Shown here in pieces: positions 50,408 through 59,432 of a stretch of DNA of 64,000 bases (position 1 is its first letter; the number at the start of each line of letters is the position of its first letter). The stretch comes from an uncultured virus (IMG/VR IMGVR_UViG_3300008450_005828) (taxonomy: Duplodnaviria > Heunggongvirae > Uroviricota > Caudoviricetes), in the IMG/VR virus record IMGVR_UViG_3300008450_005828, one strand, 5' to 3'. Both the position numbers and the translations under genes were made by a program. The notes under the pieces were generated by a model, which saw only the letters and a list, made by a program, of their open reading frames with translations, was not told the DNA's origin and did no database searches.

Positions 50408-51552
50408 TCTCTTGATCCACGAATTTCGTTAATCATATTTTTGTAATACTTTTTGGTTTCTTCTTCGTAAATGTCAGTATTATTATTTTTAATATAATTT
50501 AACAAAATGTTGTTCTCAGTAAAATCTTCATTTCTTATTTTATTAAGTTTATAATGAGAATATAAAAAATGTTTAAATAAATCTTTGCCACTGTCGTACA
50601 TATAAGATATCAACGGTTCTTCCTTGATATACTCTTTGTAGATATCTTTTAAGTTAGTTGGCATGTGTCTTATACTTAAATATTCTGGATACTGTATTAC
50701 ATCGTAACCCCAATTAAACTTTGGATAATTTAAACTAAAATAGTTTTTAATATCTTCGACATAGATAGCATTGTAAATTCCAACTGTAGTCAAAACATTT
50801 ACTGAAATTTTATCTGACAATAATCTATAATAAAAATCTAAATTATTTTTTATTTCATCAAAATTACTGTTTTTTCTAATAAAGTCGTTTAATTTTCCTA
50901 TTGCATCTATGCTAATAGTAATTGTTACTTTTTTAAACTCTTTTAATATACTAAGAATTTCTTCAGTGGGCTGTATTGTTCCATTAGTAAAAAAATCAAT
51001 ATAAATTTGGCTTGTATCTGCATCTTCTTTTAATTTTTTTAAGAAAGGAATAAAATGAGGACTATAAAGTGGTTCCCCGCCTGTAAGATTAATTTCTTTA
51101 ATGTTTTTTAAATTTACTTCTTTATAAAATGTATTTTGAAAATATTTGCTAGAAGAAAATGCCTCTCCGTATAACTCTTTTTCTTCTACGTGCCATAAAT
51201 GACTGTTTGAACTTGCACACATTCTACATTTTAAATTGCATAGATTATCAAACATAATATGCAAATCTTGTAAATCTATTGTTGTTACAATTCCGTATTT
51301 GTCTAACGCTCTAGTACGCATACTATCTAAATTGTTGTTTTCTTGATCATAGCATTGTTCGCAACCTTTGATAGTTTTACCAGCAAGCATATCTGCCCGA
51401 AGTTGATCCATTTCGTTGTCAAAATACAATTTTTCAAATACGGATGTTTTATTGAACCTTCCGCCGTCCATAAATCCACAACAAGGAAGTATAGTATTTC
51501 CATTTTGCCAACTCGAGTGTACCCATGGCAACGGACAATATGTTTTACTCAT
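50404..51552 (-). CDS. radical SAM protein, subfamily A
   Basis: YCPLPW...PCC...CEQC, CNLKCRMC and TGGEP. Confidence 0.9.
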   Translation of the reverse strand: MSKTYCPLPWVHSSWQNGNTILPCCGFMDGGRFNKTSVFEKLYFDNEMDQLRADMLAGKTIKGCEQCYDQENNNLDSMRTRALDKYGIVTTIDLQDLHIMFDNLCNLKCRMCASSNSHLWHVEEKELYGEAFSSSKYFQNTFYKEVNLKNIKEINLTGGEPLYSPHFIPFLKKLKEDADTSQIYIDFFTNGTIQPTEEILSILKEFKKVTITISIDAIGKLNDFIRKNSNFDEIKNNLDFYYRLLSDKISVNVLTTVGIYNAIYVEDIKNYFSLNYPKFNWGYDVIQYPEYLSIRHMPTNLKDIYKEYIKEEPLISYMYDSGKDLFKHFLYSHYKLNKIRNEDFTENNILLNYIKNNNTDIYEEETKKYYKNMINEIRGSRD

Positions 51553-52039
51553 ATTCAGTGACCTGCAACACTACTCTTGGCATATGTCCTATATTGGCGG
51601 CGCCATGAATATCTTGACTGTTAATGTATTCATATACGTCGCCAGCAGAATACTTTGTTAATACTAAATTTCCGTATACAAACAAATGCCCGGGTTGATA
51701 GTCTTGTAATGGCACCCAATATCGTTTACAAGTTTCATAATGTGTAAATGGGTCTGTGTGCATCGGCATAAATTGACCAGGCATTAACTTTGTGATCCAC
51801 CATTCAGTTTTTCCAGTACACCAAGGCGGACTTATTTTAATATTTAAATCGTGTTCTTCGTATACCCACCAGTGCGTTGCTGTTAAATCGTATCCTGCAT
51901 CTCGAGCCTTGCAATATTCAGCACTTTCAACGGCAGTTTCCGGAGGCCAATCTCTGGGTCTTGCTTGTCCTACTGTGTTTAGGACAAGTTCTCTCCACGT
52001 AGGATTGATCCAGTTTGCAAAATTACCTCGATAAATCAA
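51545..52039 (-). CDS. small Fe(II)/2OG-type oxygenase
   Basis: PGQFMPMHTD...YWVPL...HGAANIG..PRVVLQ. Confidence 0.75.
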   Translation of the reverse strand: MIYRGNFANWINPTWRELVLNTVGQARPRDWPPETAVESAEYCKARDAGYDLTATHWWVYEEHDLNIKISPPWCTGKTEWWITKLMPGQFMPMHTDPFTHYETCKRYWVPLQDYQPGHLFVYGNLVLTKYSAGDVYEYINSQDIHGAANIGHMPRVVLQVTEYE

Positions 52040-52851
52040 TAGTGCTCCAAATGATCAATACCCAATTGTTCGCGAAATGAATTGCTAAACTTACAGTCAA
52101 TTCTCATTCCATACTCAATTTCTTTGCTTTCTTCTCCGCCGTGCCAGTCTTGATCATTCCAAAATGCAGCATTAGCGTTTATATAATATTTGTTTTCTGT
52201 ATCCGGATCCCAAATATAGAATCCACGCTTTGTTCTATAACGAATGTGAATAAATTCATTGTTGTGTGGAGTATATTGATGATCGCCTAACACACCGTTA
52301 CGTGCGTCCAAGTCTCTATGCTCAAATGCTCTGCCGTTGTGATCGCAATGAAAAAATATTACTCTTCCGATTCTGTCGATGATTCCTGTGTGCTGTAATT
52401 CTTCCACCCATTTAACAACACCCGGAAAGTACTTCGACTCTACAGTTTTTTGGCGTTCAGCATTGCGTTCATTCCAATCACCCTGATCCCATAAAAAATA
52501 ATAAGTGTAAGGGTCATTTGCACCCATTGTGGTTTTTAAGTAACGTGTAAAAATGTTGCGATTTCTAAAATCTTTTAAATCTGTAAAATACATAGGATCG
52601 CCTGTGACACGTATAGGATGTGTTTCTGGTAGTGCTAGATATTCTTCAACTGCACTATAAATTGGTTTCCAGTTGACAATATAACTTGCATCTTTCCAAT
52701 CAAACCCAGGAGTCATCCATGTGCCTTCTTTTGCATAGTCTCTTGCTAGTGCAAAACCCTTGGCAATTTCTGGATGCAGATTTTTAAATCCTTCTATATC
52801 CAAGTAAGGATCCAAGTCGATATACGGTTTTGTGCCAATTCCTCTAATCAT
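52036..52851 (-). CDS. Fe(II)/2OG-type oxygenase-like protein
   Basis: FEHRD...FWNDQDWHGG...RID. The start may be 52857 or 52851 (TAAGTA, N5, ATG 52851). Confidence 0.6.
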   Translation of the reverse strand: MIRGIGTKPYIDLDPYLDIEGFKNLHPEIAKGFALARDYAKEGTWMTPGFDWKDASYIVNWKPIYSAVEEYLALPETHPIRVTGDPMYFTDLKDFRNRNIFTRYLKTTMGANDPYTYYFLWDQGDWNERNAERQKTVESKYFPGVVKWVEELQHTGIIDRIGRVIFFHCDHNGRAFEHRDLDARNGVLGDHQYTPHNNEFIHIRYRTKRGFYIWDPDTENKYYINANAAFWNDQDWHGGEESKEIEYGMRIDCKFSNSFREQLGIDHLEHY

Positions 52852-52877
52852 AAACATACTTATCGCTAATTATTGTT

Positions 52878-53588
52878 ATGAATACACAGTTTGAGTACTA
52901 TTATAATAATGTACCAGGAAAAGGATTGTGCAGAAACAATCTTATATACACTAGCCTAATTTCAAAAGATCGCAAAACTTTTTGTCAATGGTATTACAAC
53001 GACGAGAATTATCACAGCGGACACAATGAAGTTGTTGATCCACGGTTAATGGAAGAAAAGTGGCACAGAGAAATTAAATTTTTAACTATTATGGCCAGAC
53101 ATTATCCCCAGCATGTTCCAACAATCGACACTGTAGATCACATAAACAAAAAAATATACTTTGATATAGATGGGACGGATTTTTGGGAACAAGCACAGTG
53201 TTCTCAAAATAATTATGATAAAGTTTTACCCAACTGGCAAGAACAAATGTTGGAAATTATTCAAGCACATGCCAGTCTCGGAATTTACAAATACAGTATG
53301 CACCCAAGCAGTTACTTTGTTGTAGACGGAAAACTAAAAAGCATTAATTATTTTTTTGCGTATGACAAAAATGACAAAACAATTAGTTTGACAGATGTAA
53401 TGAGTCATATTAGTATTAATAGAAGAAATGACCTGTTACCAAAAATGACTAGGTTAGGTATTGATGTAGACAAACCTACTTCTTTTTTTGATATACAAAT
53501 GTTAGCATTTGAAAGTTTTAAAACAGACTTTCCTGCCGATGCAATGGATGAAGCATGTTCCATATACAAACATACAACAACGATTTAG
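52878..53588 (+). CDS. kinase-like-fold hypothetical protein
   Basis: REIKFL...HVP...GIYKYSMHPSSY...KSINYF resembles an APH/PKL fold without a canonical HxD. Paralog of 57365-58051. Confidence 0.5.
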   Translation: MNTQFEYYYNNVPGKGLCRNNLIYTSLISKDRKTFCQWYYNDENYHSGHNEVVDPRLMEEKWHREIKFLTIMARHYPQHVPTIDTVDHINKKIYFDIDGTDFWEQAQCSQNNYDKVLPNWQEQMLEIIQAHASLGIYKYSMHPSSYFVVDGKLKSINYFFAYDKNDKTISLTDVMSHISINRRNDLLPKMTRLGIDVDKPTSFFDIQMLAFESFKTDFPADAMDEACSIYKHTTTI

Positions 53589-54163
53589 ATTTAACTGATT
53601 ATTATAGTCTTGCTCGCGAAAGAGGATTTTATAATAACGACAGTAAAGAAAAACTAGTTGACACTTGGTTACATATGGACCGTTGGCAAGTATGGATCCT
53701 TTACTACAACGATCAAGTTGTAGGCTCAATTGCTGCACACAGTTTAGAAGAACTAGGAGTACTAGGTGATGCATATCGTATTGCTGCTAGAACTTGTACC
53801 TTTGACGATTTAACTGGGCAACGTAAAACTTTAAGAACAGCAAATACTATTATTGCACGGCATCAAAATTTAACAGCACAGTTGCTATTACCATTGTGCG
53901 TCGAGTGGGCAGGCAAAGACAAAGACCTATACATAAGTTCAAACGAAAACGATACAGGAACACAAAAGTACGTTCATAGACTGTATTGCCCAGGGCTTAA
54001 AAAAGCGGGCGTATTAGAAGAACCCGTTGACTTAGAATACAGAGGTGCTATTCAAAGTTTTTGGCGTATGAATGTTGATGAATTTTATCGTCAGATGGAC
54101 GAACATTGGTGGCCCGAAGCAAGAACAGCACTAGACGACTATAGATCTAAAACTTCTCTATAA
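53555..54163 (+). CDS. hypothetical protein, possibly GNAT-like
   Basis: 202-aa ORF with the pattern WILYYNDQVVGSIAAH...LYISSN. The true start is uncertain. Confidence 0.55.
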   Translation: MFHIQTYNNDLDLTDYYSLARERGFYNNDSKEKLVDTWLHMDRWQVWILYYNDQVVGSIAAHSLEELGVLGDAYRIAARTCTFDDLTGQRKTLRTANTIIARHQNLTAQLLLPLCVEWAGKDKDLYISSNENDTGTQKYVHRLYCPGLKKAGVLEEPVDLEYRGAIQSFWRMNVDEFYRQMDEHWWPEARTALDDYRSKTSL

Positions 54164-54750
54164 AGTTTGTCAAGTTCTGTATGATCTGGATTTGCTCGTT
54201 TTAATTGGTCATAAACAAATGGCGTTAATTTCCAAACAAATTCCATCTGTCTAATTTTAGGATTATGCAACCAAAAATCAACGGCAGAAACTATTTCCGT
54301 ATACTTAATAAAGTTGTCGCTTGTAAAAGTTAACGGATCGTTTAGATTAACATTTGTTGATTCAACAAAACTTAAATCAAGATGTAAAATATTAGCAACT
54401 CCGTCTGGTGCTAAACTTAACATCTTGCAACGCTCTGCTAATGCTTGCTTGTCATGTACATAATCTGTTAAAATAAGTTCAGGATAGAATCTACTTACAG
54501 ATCCGCAAACAACTATTCTATGAACATGCTTGTACAAGCCGTTTAGCAGTTCTAATTGTTTCCCGTCTCTATATGCATTGTTAATGAAAATATCACAGTC
54601 TTTTGCGTTTTCAATTATGCTGTCAACCGACGTTTCTAAGTCGTAGCCGTTGCTGCGACTCATGCCAATTACTTCGGCATTTTTTCTACTAAAATAATTG
54701 TATAATTCTTTTCCAATGCCTGCGGTGTGTCCAGTAATTGCTACTTTCAT
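54139..54750 (-). CDS. short-chain dehydrogenase/reductase
   Basis: ITGHTAGIG, FINNA and YVHDK (YxxxK). Confidence 0.8.
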   Translation of the reverse strand: MKVAITGHTAGIGKELYNYFSRKNAEVIGMSRSNGYDLETSVDSIIENAKDCDIFINNAYRDGKQLELLNGLYKHVHRIVVCGSVSRFYPELILTDYVHDKQALAERCKMLSLAPDGVANILHLDLSFVESTNVNLNDPLTFTSDNFIKYTEIVSAVDFWLHNPKIRQMEFVWKLTPFVYDQLKRANPDHTELDKLYREVLDL

Positions 54751-55217
54751 AATGCACTGTAACCTATTGTGGTAATTCTAGGATTTGCTAACCAAATCTT
54801 TATACTATCGTAAACAAGTTTGTAATCATTGTAGGATGTACCTGTGAGTCTTAGATATAGCATAGGGTGTTTAGGTTCTGCAGAAATCTTATTAAAATAC
54901 AATTCTAATGTGTTTTTGTGCTGACTATAAACTAAATCGTCTGGGTCGGGGTATATAGATGCAATACTGCCCATAACTACAATGTTTGCATGAGAATTTT
55001 CTAACGATTTTAAATAGTCAATTTGTGTTCCGTTTGCATATGCATTTAAGATAACAATATCATCGACTTCTACTTGAAAACAAATCTTAGCAATATCTTT
55101 TTCTAAATCATAACCATTGGATCTACTATAACCTCTAACATCGTGCATATCTGTTGTAAATGCACGATAGAGGTATTCACCTAAGCCTCGACTATGTCCT
55201 ACAACGTGTACTGTCAT
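54747..55217 (-). CDS. short-chain dehydrogenase/reductase (minimal)
   Basis: VGHSRGLG, ILNA, MGSIA and YSQHK (YxxxK). Confidence 0.75.
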   Translation of the reverse strand: MTVHVVGHSRGLGEYLYRAFTTDMHDVRGYSRSNGYDLEKDIAKICFQVEVDDIVILNAYANGTQIDYLKSLENSHANIVVMGSIASIYPDPDDLVYSQHKNTLELYFNKISAEPKHPMLYLRLTGTSYNDYKLVYDSIKIWLANPRITTIGYSAL

Positions 55218-55393
55218 CCTACTAAGTCATCTAAGTTATTAAAAAAGTCGTCGCCTAAATAAGTTTCAATAGTTGCTCTGAGATCTTCATTTTCTTTAAT
55301 ATTGTGTAATTTTCTCCACAGCACCACATTTGCTTGTTGTAACTGCATGAACTTTTTTAAATAAAACTCGTCTGTAATAACCGGTTCGCTCAT
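55214..55393 (-). CDS. small hypothetical protein (59 aa, absent from the ORF track)
   Basis: MSEPVITDEFYLKKFMQLQQANVVLWRKLHNIKENEDLRATIETYLGDDFFNNLDDLVG. ATGA overlaps at both ends fill the gap exactly. Confidence 0.7.
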   Translation of the reverse strand: MSEPVITDEFYLKKFMQLQQANVVLWRKLHNIKENEDLRATIETYLGDDFFNNLDDLVG

Positions 55394-56265
55394 TTTTCTA
55401 ACTCCGTACGAGAATTATAACCTACTCTAGGCTGATCAGAAAAGAAACATGCCGACACCCACTTTGTTCCTTCTGTGATAATTTTACTTTCGTGTATTGT
55501 GCTCCAATTGGTTTCTTCATCGTAACACTGTTTAAAATATAAGAACGAGCCTGCTTTTGGTGTTACCGATACACCCAATTTAGGAAAGTTTGTTTCTCCG
55601 CCAACAAAGTTATCGTTGAGATAAAATACTCCGGATCCTACTCTATCGCCGCCGTGCTTGTAATAATTAATCTGTCTTGGATCATACGGATAATCGTGAT
55701 GAAGATCCAAAAACTGTCCAGTTTCATAATTGTAAATATCACAGGCTTCAATATGGCTAAAAGGTATTTCAGCATATTTTACAATTGTACTTGCAACTAT
55801 ATCATAATGTCGAGGATCCATGCCTAAACTAATTCCACGTTGCTCAACTAATTCAGTTACTTGTGCAAAACTTTCACGACGTGATTCTGCTCCACTGTTT
55901 GGATTCATTTTATCTCGTTCATGTTTTGCAATAATCGCATTGCAAATTTCAACTGGCAACGCATTTTCAAAAACCACAATACTAGGAATATCAAGATATG
56001 TTACTACATTTACATCGGTACCTAAATCTTCAAGGAACTCTTTTGGGTTTCTGTCTGTTTTTCCAATAACTTTAACATCTTTAGCAATTGCACCATACTC
56101 GGCGTCTTGCTCTCTATTGAACTCAACAGTTTGCATTTCAAATAACACCTGCGGTTCGTGCTGTATGCTATCTTGTTCAACAATAACTAAAGCGTTGTCA
56201 TTGTCTGCTACAATAAACCCATAACGCTTTGCATCGTTATACCATTTAATTACACCTGTTTCCAT
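55390..56265 (-). CDS. cold-shock-domain / prolyl-4-hydroxylase-like Fe(II)/2OG oxygenase fusion
   Basis: N-terminus METGVIKWYNDAKRYGFI...VEF...AKDV (CSD). C-terminus LHHDY...YLND..GGETNFP...PKAG...HES....GTKW (P4H-like). Confidence 0.8.
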   Translation of the reverse strand: METGVIKWYNDAKRYGFIVADNDNALVIVEQDSIQHEPQVLFEMQTVEFNREQDAEYGAIAKDVKVIGKTDRNPKEFLEDLGTDVNVVTYLDIPSIVVFENALPVEICNAIIAKHERDKMNPNSGAESRRESFAQVTELVEQRGISLGMDPRHYDIVASTIVKYAEIPFSHIEACDIYNYETGQFLDLHHDYPYDPRQINYYKHGGDRVGSGVFYLNDNFVGGETNFPKLGVSVTPKAGSFLYFKQCYDEETNWSTIHESKIITEGTKWVSACFFSDQPRVGYNSRTELEK

Positions 56266-56269
56266 CGGT

Positions 56270-56806
56270 TCACCACAAATTTAAAAGATACTTAGGAGTT
56301 ATTCCGCAGTTGGTTCCGGCATGCCAATATCTCCTGCTATCCCAACGATAGGTTGATCCTTGTTCTTCATTATAAAAACACTTTTTGTCGGCGATAAACA
56401 CATGCCCCCACTCCGGCTTACCAATATGACAGTGATATCTACAGGTATCGCCTAATGTTGCTTCGTCGTCATGTACATCCCAGTGTATCGGAGCAAACCT
56501 TCCAATGTTAATTCTGCTAATCCACGCAGTTTTGTAATTTGGAATTTCAAAAAATTCAACAAACTTATCAATTACACTTTGATCAAATTGCTGCCCAGGT
56601 AAAAACATATCCCACCCAACAGTACCACCTTCTGCTACAGTTTTATACTCTGCTGCATCCCACATATCTAATATTACATCAAGGTCAGGCAGATTGTCAC
56701 CACGTTTATGGCTAGGTCCTACGTATGCAGGAGTTGTATTTGCACAATCTTCAATCACCACATCCCAATTGATATGTTTACAATTTCCTATGTAATTTAC
56801 AGTCAT
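56270..56806 (-). CDS. small Fe(II)/2OG-type oxygenase
   Basis: PIHWD...WHAGTNCG..PKYL. Confidence 0.7.
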   Translation of the reverse strand: MTVNYIGNCKHINWDVVIEDCANTTPAYVGPSHKRGDNLPDLDVILDMWDAAEYKTVAEGGTVGWDMFLPGQQFDQSVIDKFVEFFEIPNYKTAWISRINIGRFAPIHWDVHDDEATLGDTCRYHCHIGKPEWGHVFIADKKCFYNEEQGSTYRWDSRRYWHAGTNCGITPKYLLNLW

Positions 56807-57372
56807 CTCGGTCTTCCTACAAAATGAAATAGATATTGTGGATGTATTCCGCAGTTAGTTCCGGCATGCCAACTTCTATAATGGTCCCATTTATAAATTT
56901 TATGTTGCGGAATATCGTGAAACGCAGTATCTTCCAAAATTAGAACACTTCCCCAACGTGGTTTGTCTATAAAACAGACCCAACGTTCAATAGCACCTTG
57001 CTCTAGCCATTCTTGCTCGTGATCTTCTACATCCCAATGATACGGAACATTGCGACCTGGCAGTACCTCACTTACAAAAACACGAAGCGGATCTGCATTT
57101 ACTAAATCAGCAAAGTTATCTTGAACGCTGATATCAAAATGATGTCCTGGATAATAATCACTCCAAACAATTTCATCTAAATTGTATCCAGCGTTAATCC
57201 ACACCCCTAATACTTCGTGATAGTTGTCTAGTAAAAATCCTTCTGCTTCGGACTCGCTTCTAGCAATAACAGCACTTGGTGTATTTCTGTCACCGTCGTT
57301 GCTGTTTATACAAAGTTCAACAACACTGTCCCAATCGATAATGCCTTCTGTTGTTCCAAAATAACTAGCCAT
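56803..57372 (-). CDS. small Fe(II)/2OG-type oxygenase (paralog of neighbour)
   Basis: PYHWD...WHAGTNCG..PQYL. Confidence 0.7.
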   Translation of the reverse strand: MASYFGTTEGIIDWDSVVELCINSNDGDRNTPSAVIARSESEAEGFLLDNYHEVLGVWINAGYNLDEIVWSDYYPGHHFDISVQDNFADLVNADPLRVFVSEVLPGRNVPYHWDVEDHEQEWLEQGAIERWVCFIDKPRWGSVLILEDTAFHDIPQHKIYKWDHYRSWHAGTNCGIHPQYLFHFVGRPR

Positions 57373-58051
57373 TAAAAATTTCCTTGTATATGTAACTCAT
57401 GTTGCTTTTACCCCAAAGTACATGAGTTTCTAAACTGCGTTTAAACATTATAGATAAATCTATAAGATTATCTTTTGTTTCCCCGGTTTCCTCTAGTCTA
57501 AAACGTGCAGAGTCATGAATAATTGCTTGCATGTATCGTTCTTCTATGTATGGACGATCAATCGGAACAACTCCATACCAGTCTATTGCTCTCATATTAT
57601 CGTGATTGTCAATATAGTGACAGTGAGGGTACATTGTTAATTTATAATAACCTGTGTTGTATTGATCCGTAACAATATCTTTTATCATATCATACCATTG
57701 TAAATCTAAACGCATATCACCGTATATAGAATGATTACAATTATTATTATACCATTTTATAAAAATGCGTTTATGTTTTTCATCAATGTCTACAACCTCT
57801 GGTGCGTATGGTTTACTGCTAAAAAGATTTATATATTTTACTTCTTGTTCAAAAAAATAATCACACACTTCTTTTGTATATAATGGTCTTTCTGAATTCA
57901 TACGTTGATATCGATTACGCCAATCGTAGTTTGCACAAAATGTTTTACCGTCTGGACTTATTAATGGTTCGTATGTTTGTTGAGCCATTCCTAGTTGTCC
58001 GTCGTGATATTTTAAAAACGGTCTCCAATTAATAATCGAAGTCATATTCAA
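57365..58051 (-). CDS. kinase-like-fold hypothetical protein
   Basis: LISPDGKTFC...EVKY...PEVVD...GYYKLTMYP...RAIDWY. Paralog of 52878-53588. Confidence 0.5.
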   Translation of the reverse strand: MNMTSIINWRPFLKYHDGQLGMAQQTYEPLISPDGKTFCANYDWRNRYQRMNSERPLYTKEVCDYFFEQEVKYINLFSSKPYAPEVVDIDEKHKRIFIKWYNNNCNHSIYGDMRLDLQWYDMIKDIVTDQYNTGYYKLTMYPHCHYIDNHDNMRAIDWYGVVPIDRPYIEERYMQAIIHDSARFRLEETGETKDNLIDLSIMFKRSLETHVLWGKSNMSYIYKEIFNG

Positions 58052-58691
58052 ACTCTTCAGGAATTATTTTTTCTAACTCGCTGCTAAATTCTTCTTCGAC
58101 TTTTAAATAGACTTTTGATAGACTATGTTCAAAGTCGGTTATAATACCTCTTTTATTTGCACGGTTAAGCCAAGGACTAATTGTATTGTCAAAAACAAAT
58201 CTTGCATTTTTTCCTGTTGCTCTAATAAAAACATTTATAGGTATTTTTAATTTATTTTTTGTTAATAACTTTCTTACAACCAACTGCTTACGATCATGTT
58301 GTCCAAAGTTTACTGCCGAATGTAAAGATCCAGCGTCCATGTCATACCAAATTCCGTCTGGTTTTAAAAAATATGACTGTTGTGTTTCGATGTTAATTAA
58401 TGCTGCACAATCGCCTGTTAAGTTTAAATGATACCTGTCATCAATATCACTATGCGAAAAGTAGCAACGTCCACTTTCAAGTGTAATAATACGTGCTTCT
58501 CCAATGTCGTCGGGTAACAAGTTTAGTGCCGCTTCAAACGGTGTTCCAATAAATTCAGGTTTAATACGCCAAGGATCGTAAAAAAAATCTCCAGTTGGCT
58601 CATTGATGACCACTTTCATTTCATCGCCGTCGAAACTTGCCATCTTTTCTATTAATTCTTGTCTTACAATTAAATTTGTTGGTTGTATCAT
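58029..58691 (-). CDS. AspH-like Fe(II)/2OG-type oxygenase
   Basis: YFSHSDIDDRYHL...MDAGSLHSAVNFG..DRKQLV. Confidence 0.7.
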   Translation of the reverse strand: MIQPTNLIVRQELIEKMASFDGDEMKVVINEPTGDFFYDPWRIKPEFIGTPFEAALNLLPDDIGEARIITLESGRCYFSHSDIDDRYHLNLTGDCAALINIETQQSYFLKPDGIWYDMDAGSLHSAVNFGQHDRKQLVVRKLLTKNKLKIPINVFIRATGKNARFVFDNTISPWLNRANKRGIITDFEHSLSKVYLKVEEEFSSELEKIIPEEFEYDFDY

Positions 58692-58736
58692 AAAGATATT
58701 TAGTGTATACTATTTTAGCGCAAGGTTAAATAGAGT
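58692..58736. promoter_or_regulatory. back-to-back TAAATA promoters abutting start codons
   Basis: Minus TAAATA(58702-58697), N5, ATG 58691. Plus TAAATA(58727-58732), N4, ATG 58737. Confidence 0.6.
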
Positions 58737-59432
58737 ATGATCGTAGATGGTGTGGAAATACCTTTAAATAAAGATTGGCAAAGGATTGGTATTAGTTTAA
58801 GCGGTGGTGCAGATAGCGCACTACTTGCTTATTTCATAATGGAAAATACATCTGCTGATATTTACTTTACTACACAAATACGAATGTGGAAAACTAGACC
58901 GTGGCAAGAATATATTGCACGAGACGTAGTACACTGGTTTCAACGCCGCTATACCAATCGTATTGAACATTTAACAAACTTTGTACCACCAGAATTAGAA
59001 GAACCTGTTAGTCCATTAATTCCAGACGAATATGGAAAATTAAAATCAGGTAACAGAATAATACTTAGAGCATATAACGAATACATAGCACACAAATACA
59101 AACTAGATGCATGGTATGCTGGTGTTAATTTAAATCCTAGCGAAATATTCAACGGTGCTCTTCCAGAGAGAAATATTCCAGTCATACCTCCCGTTTTAAT
59201 ACATATGGGTATTCCTGTACACCATCCATTTATAAATGTTCAAAAAGACTGGATAGTTCGAAGATATGCAGAAAACGGAATAGTAGATTTATTTGATATA
59301 ACTAGAAGTTGCGAAGGCGAGTTTGAAGATTTAAATTATACTAATTATAAACCCTATCAATCTGTTCCTATTTGCGGTAATTGTTTTTGGTGTTTAGAAA
59401 GAGCCTGGGGATTAAAACATGCACTCAAGTAA
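58737..59432 (+). CDS. QueC-like PP-loop ATPase with Zn-binding Cys cluster
   Basis: ISLSGGADS and TRSC...CGNCFWC.ER. Confidence 0.7.
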   Translation: MIVDGVEIPLNKDWQRIGISLSGGADSALLAYFIMENTSADIYFTTQIRMWKTRPWQEYIARDVVHWFQRRYTNRIEHLTNFVPPELEEPVSPLIPDEYGKLKSGNRIILRAYNEYIAHKYKLDAWYAGVNLNPSEIFNGALPERNIPVIPPVLIHMGIPVHHPFINVQKDWIVRRYAENGIVDLFDITRSCEGEFEDLNYTNYKPYQSVPICGNCFWCLERAWGLKHALK

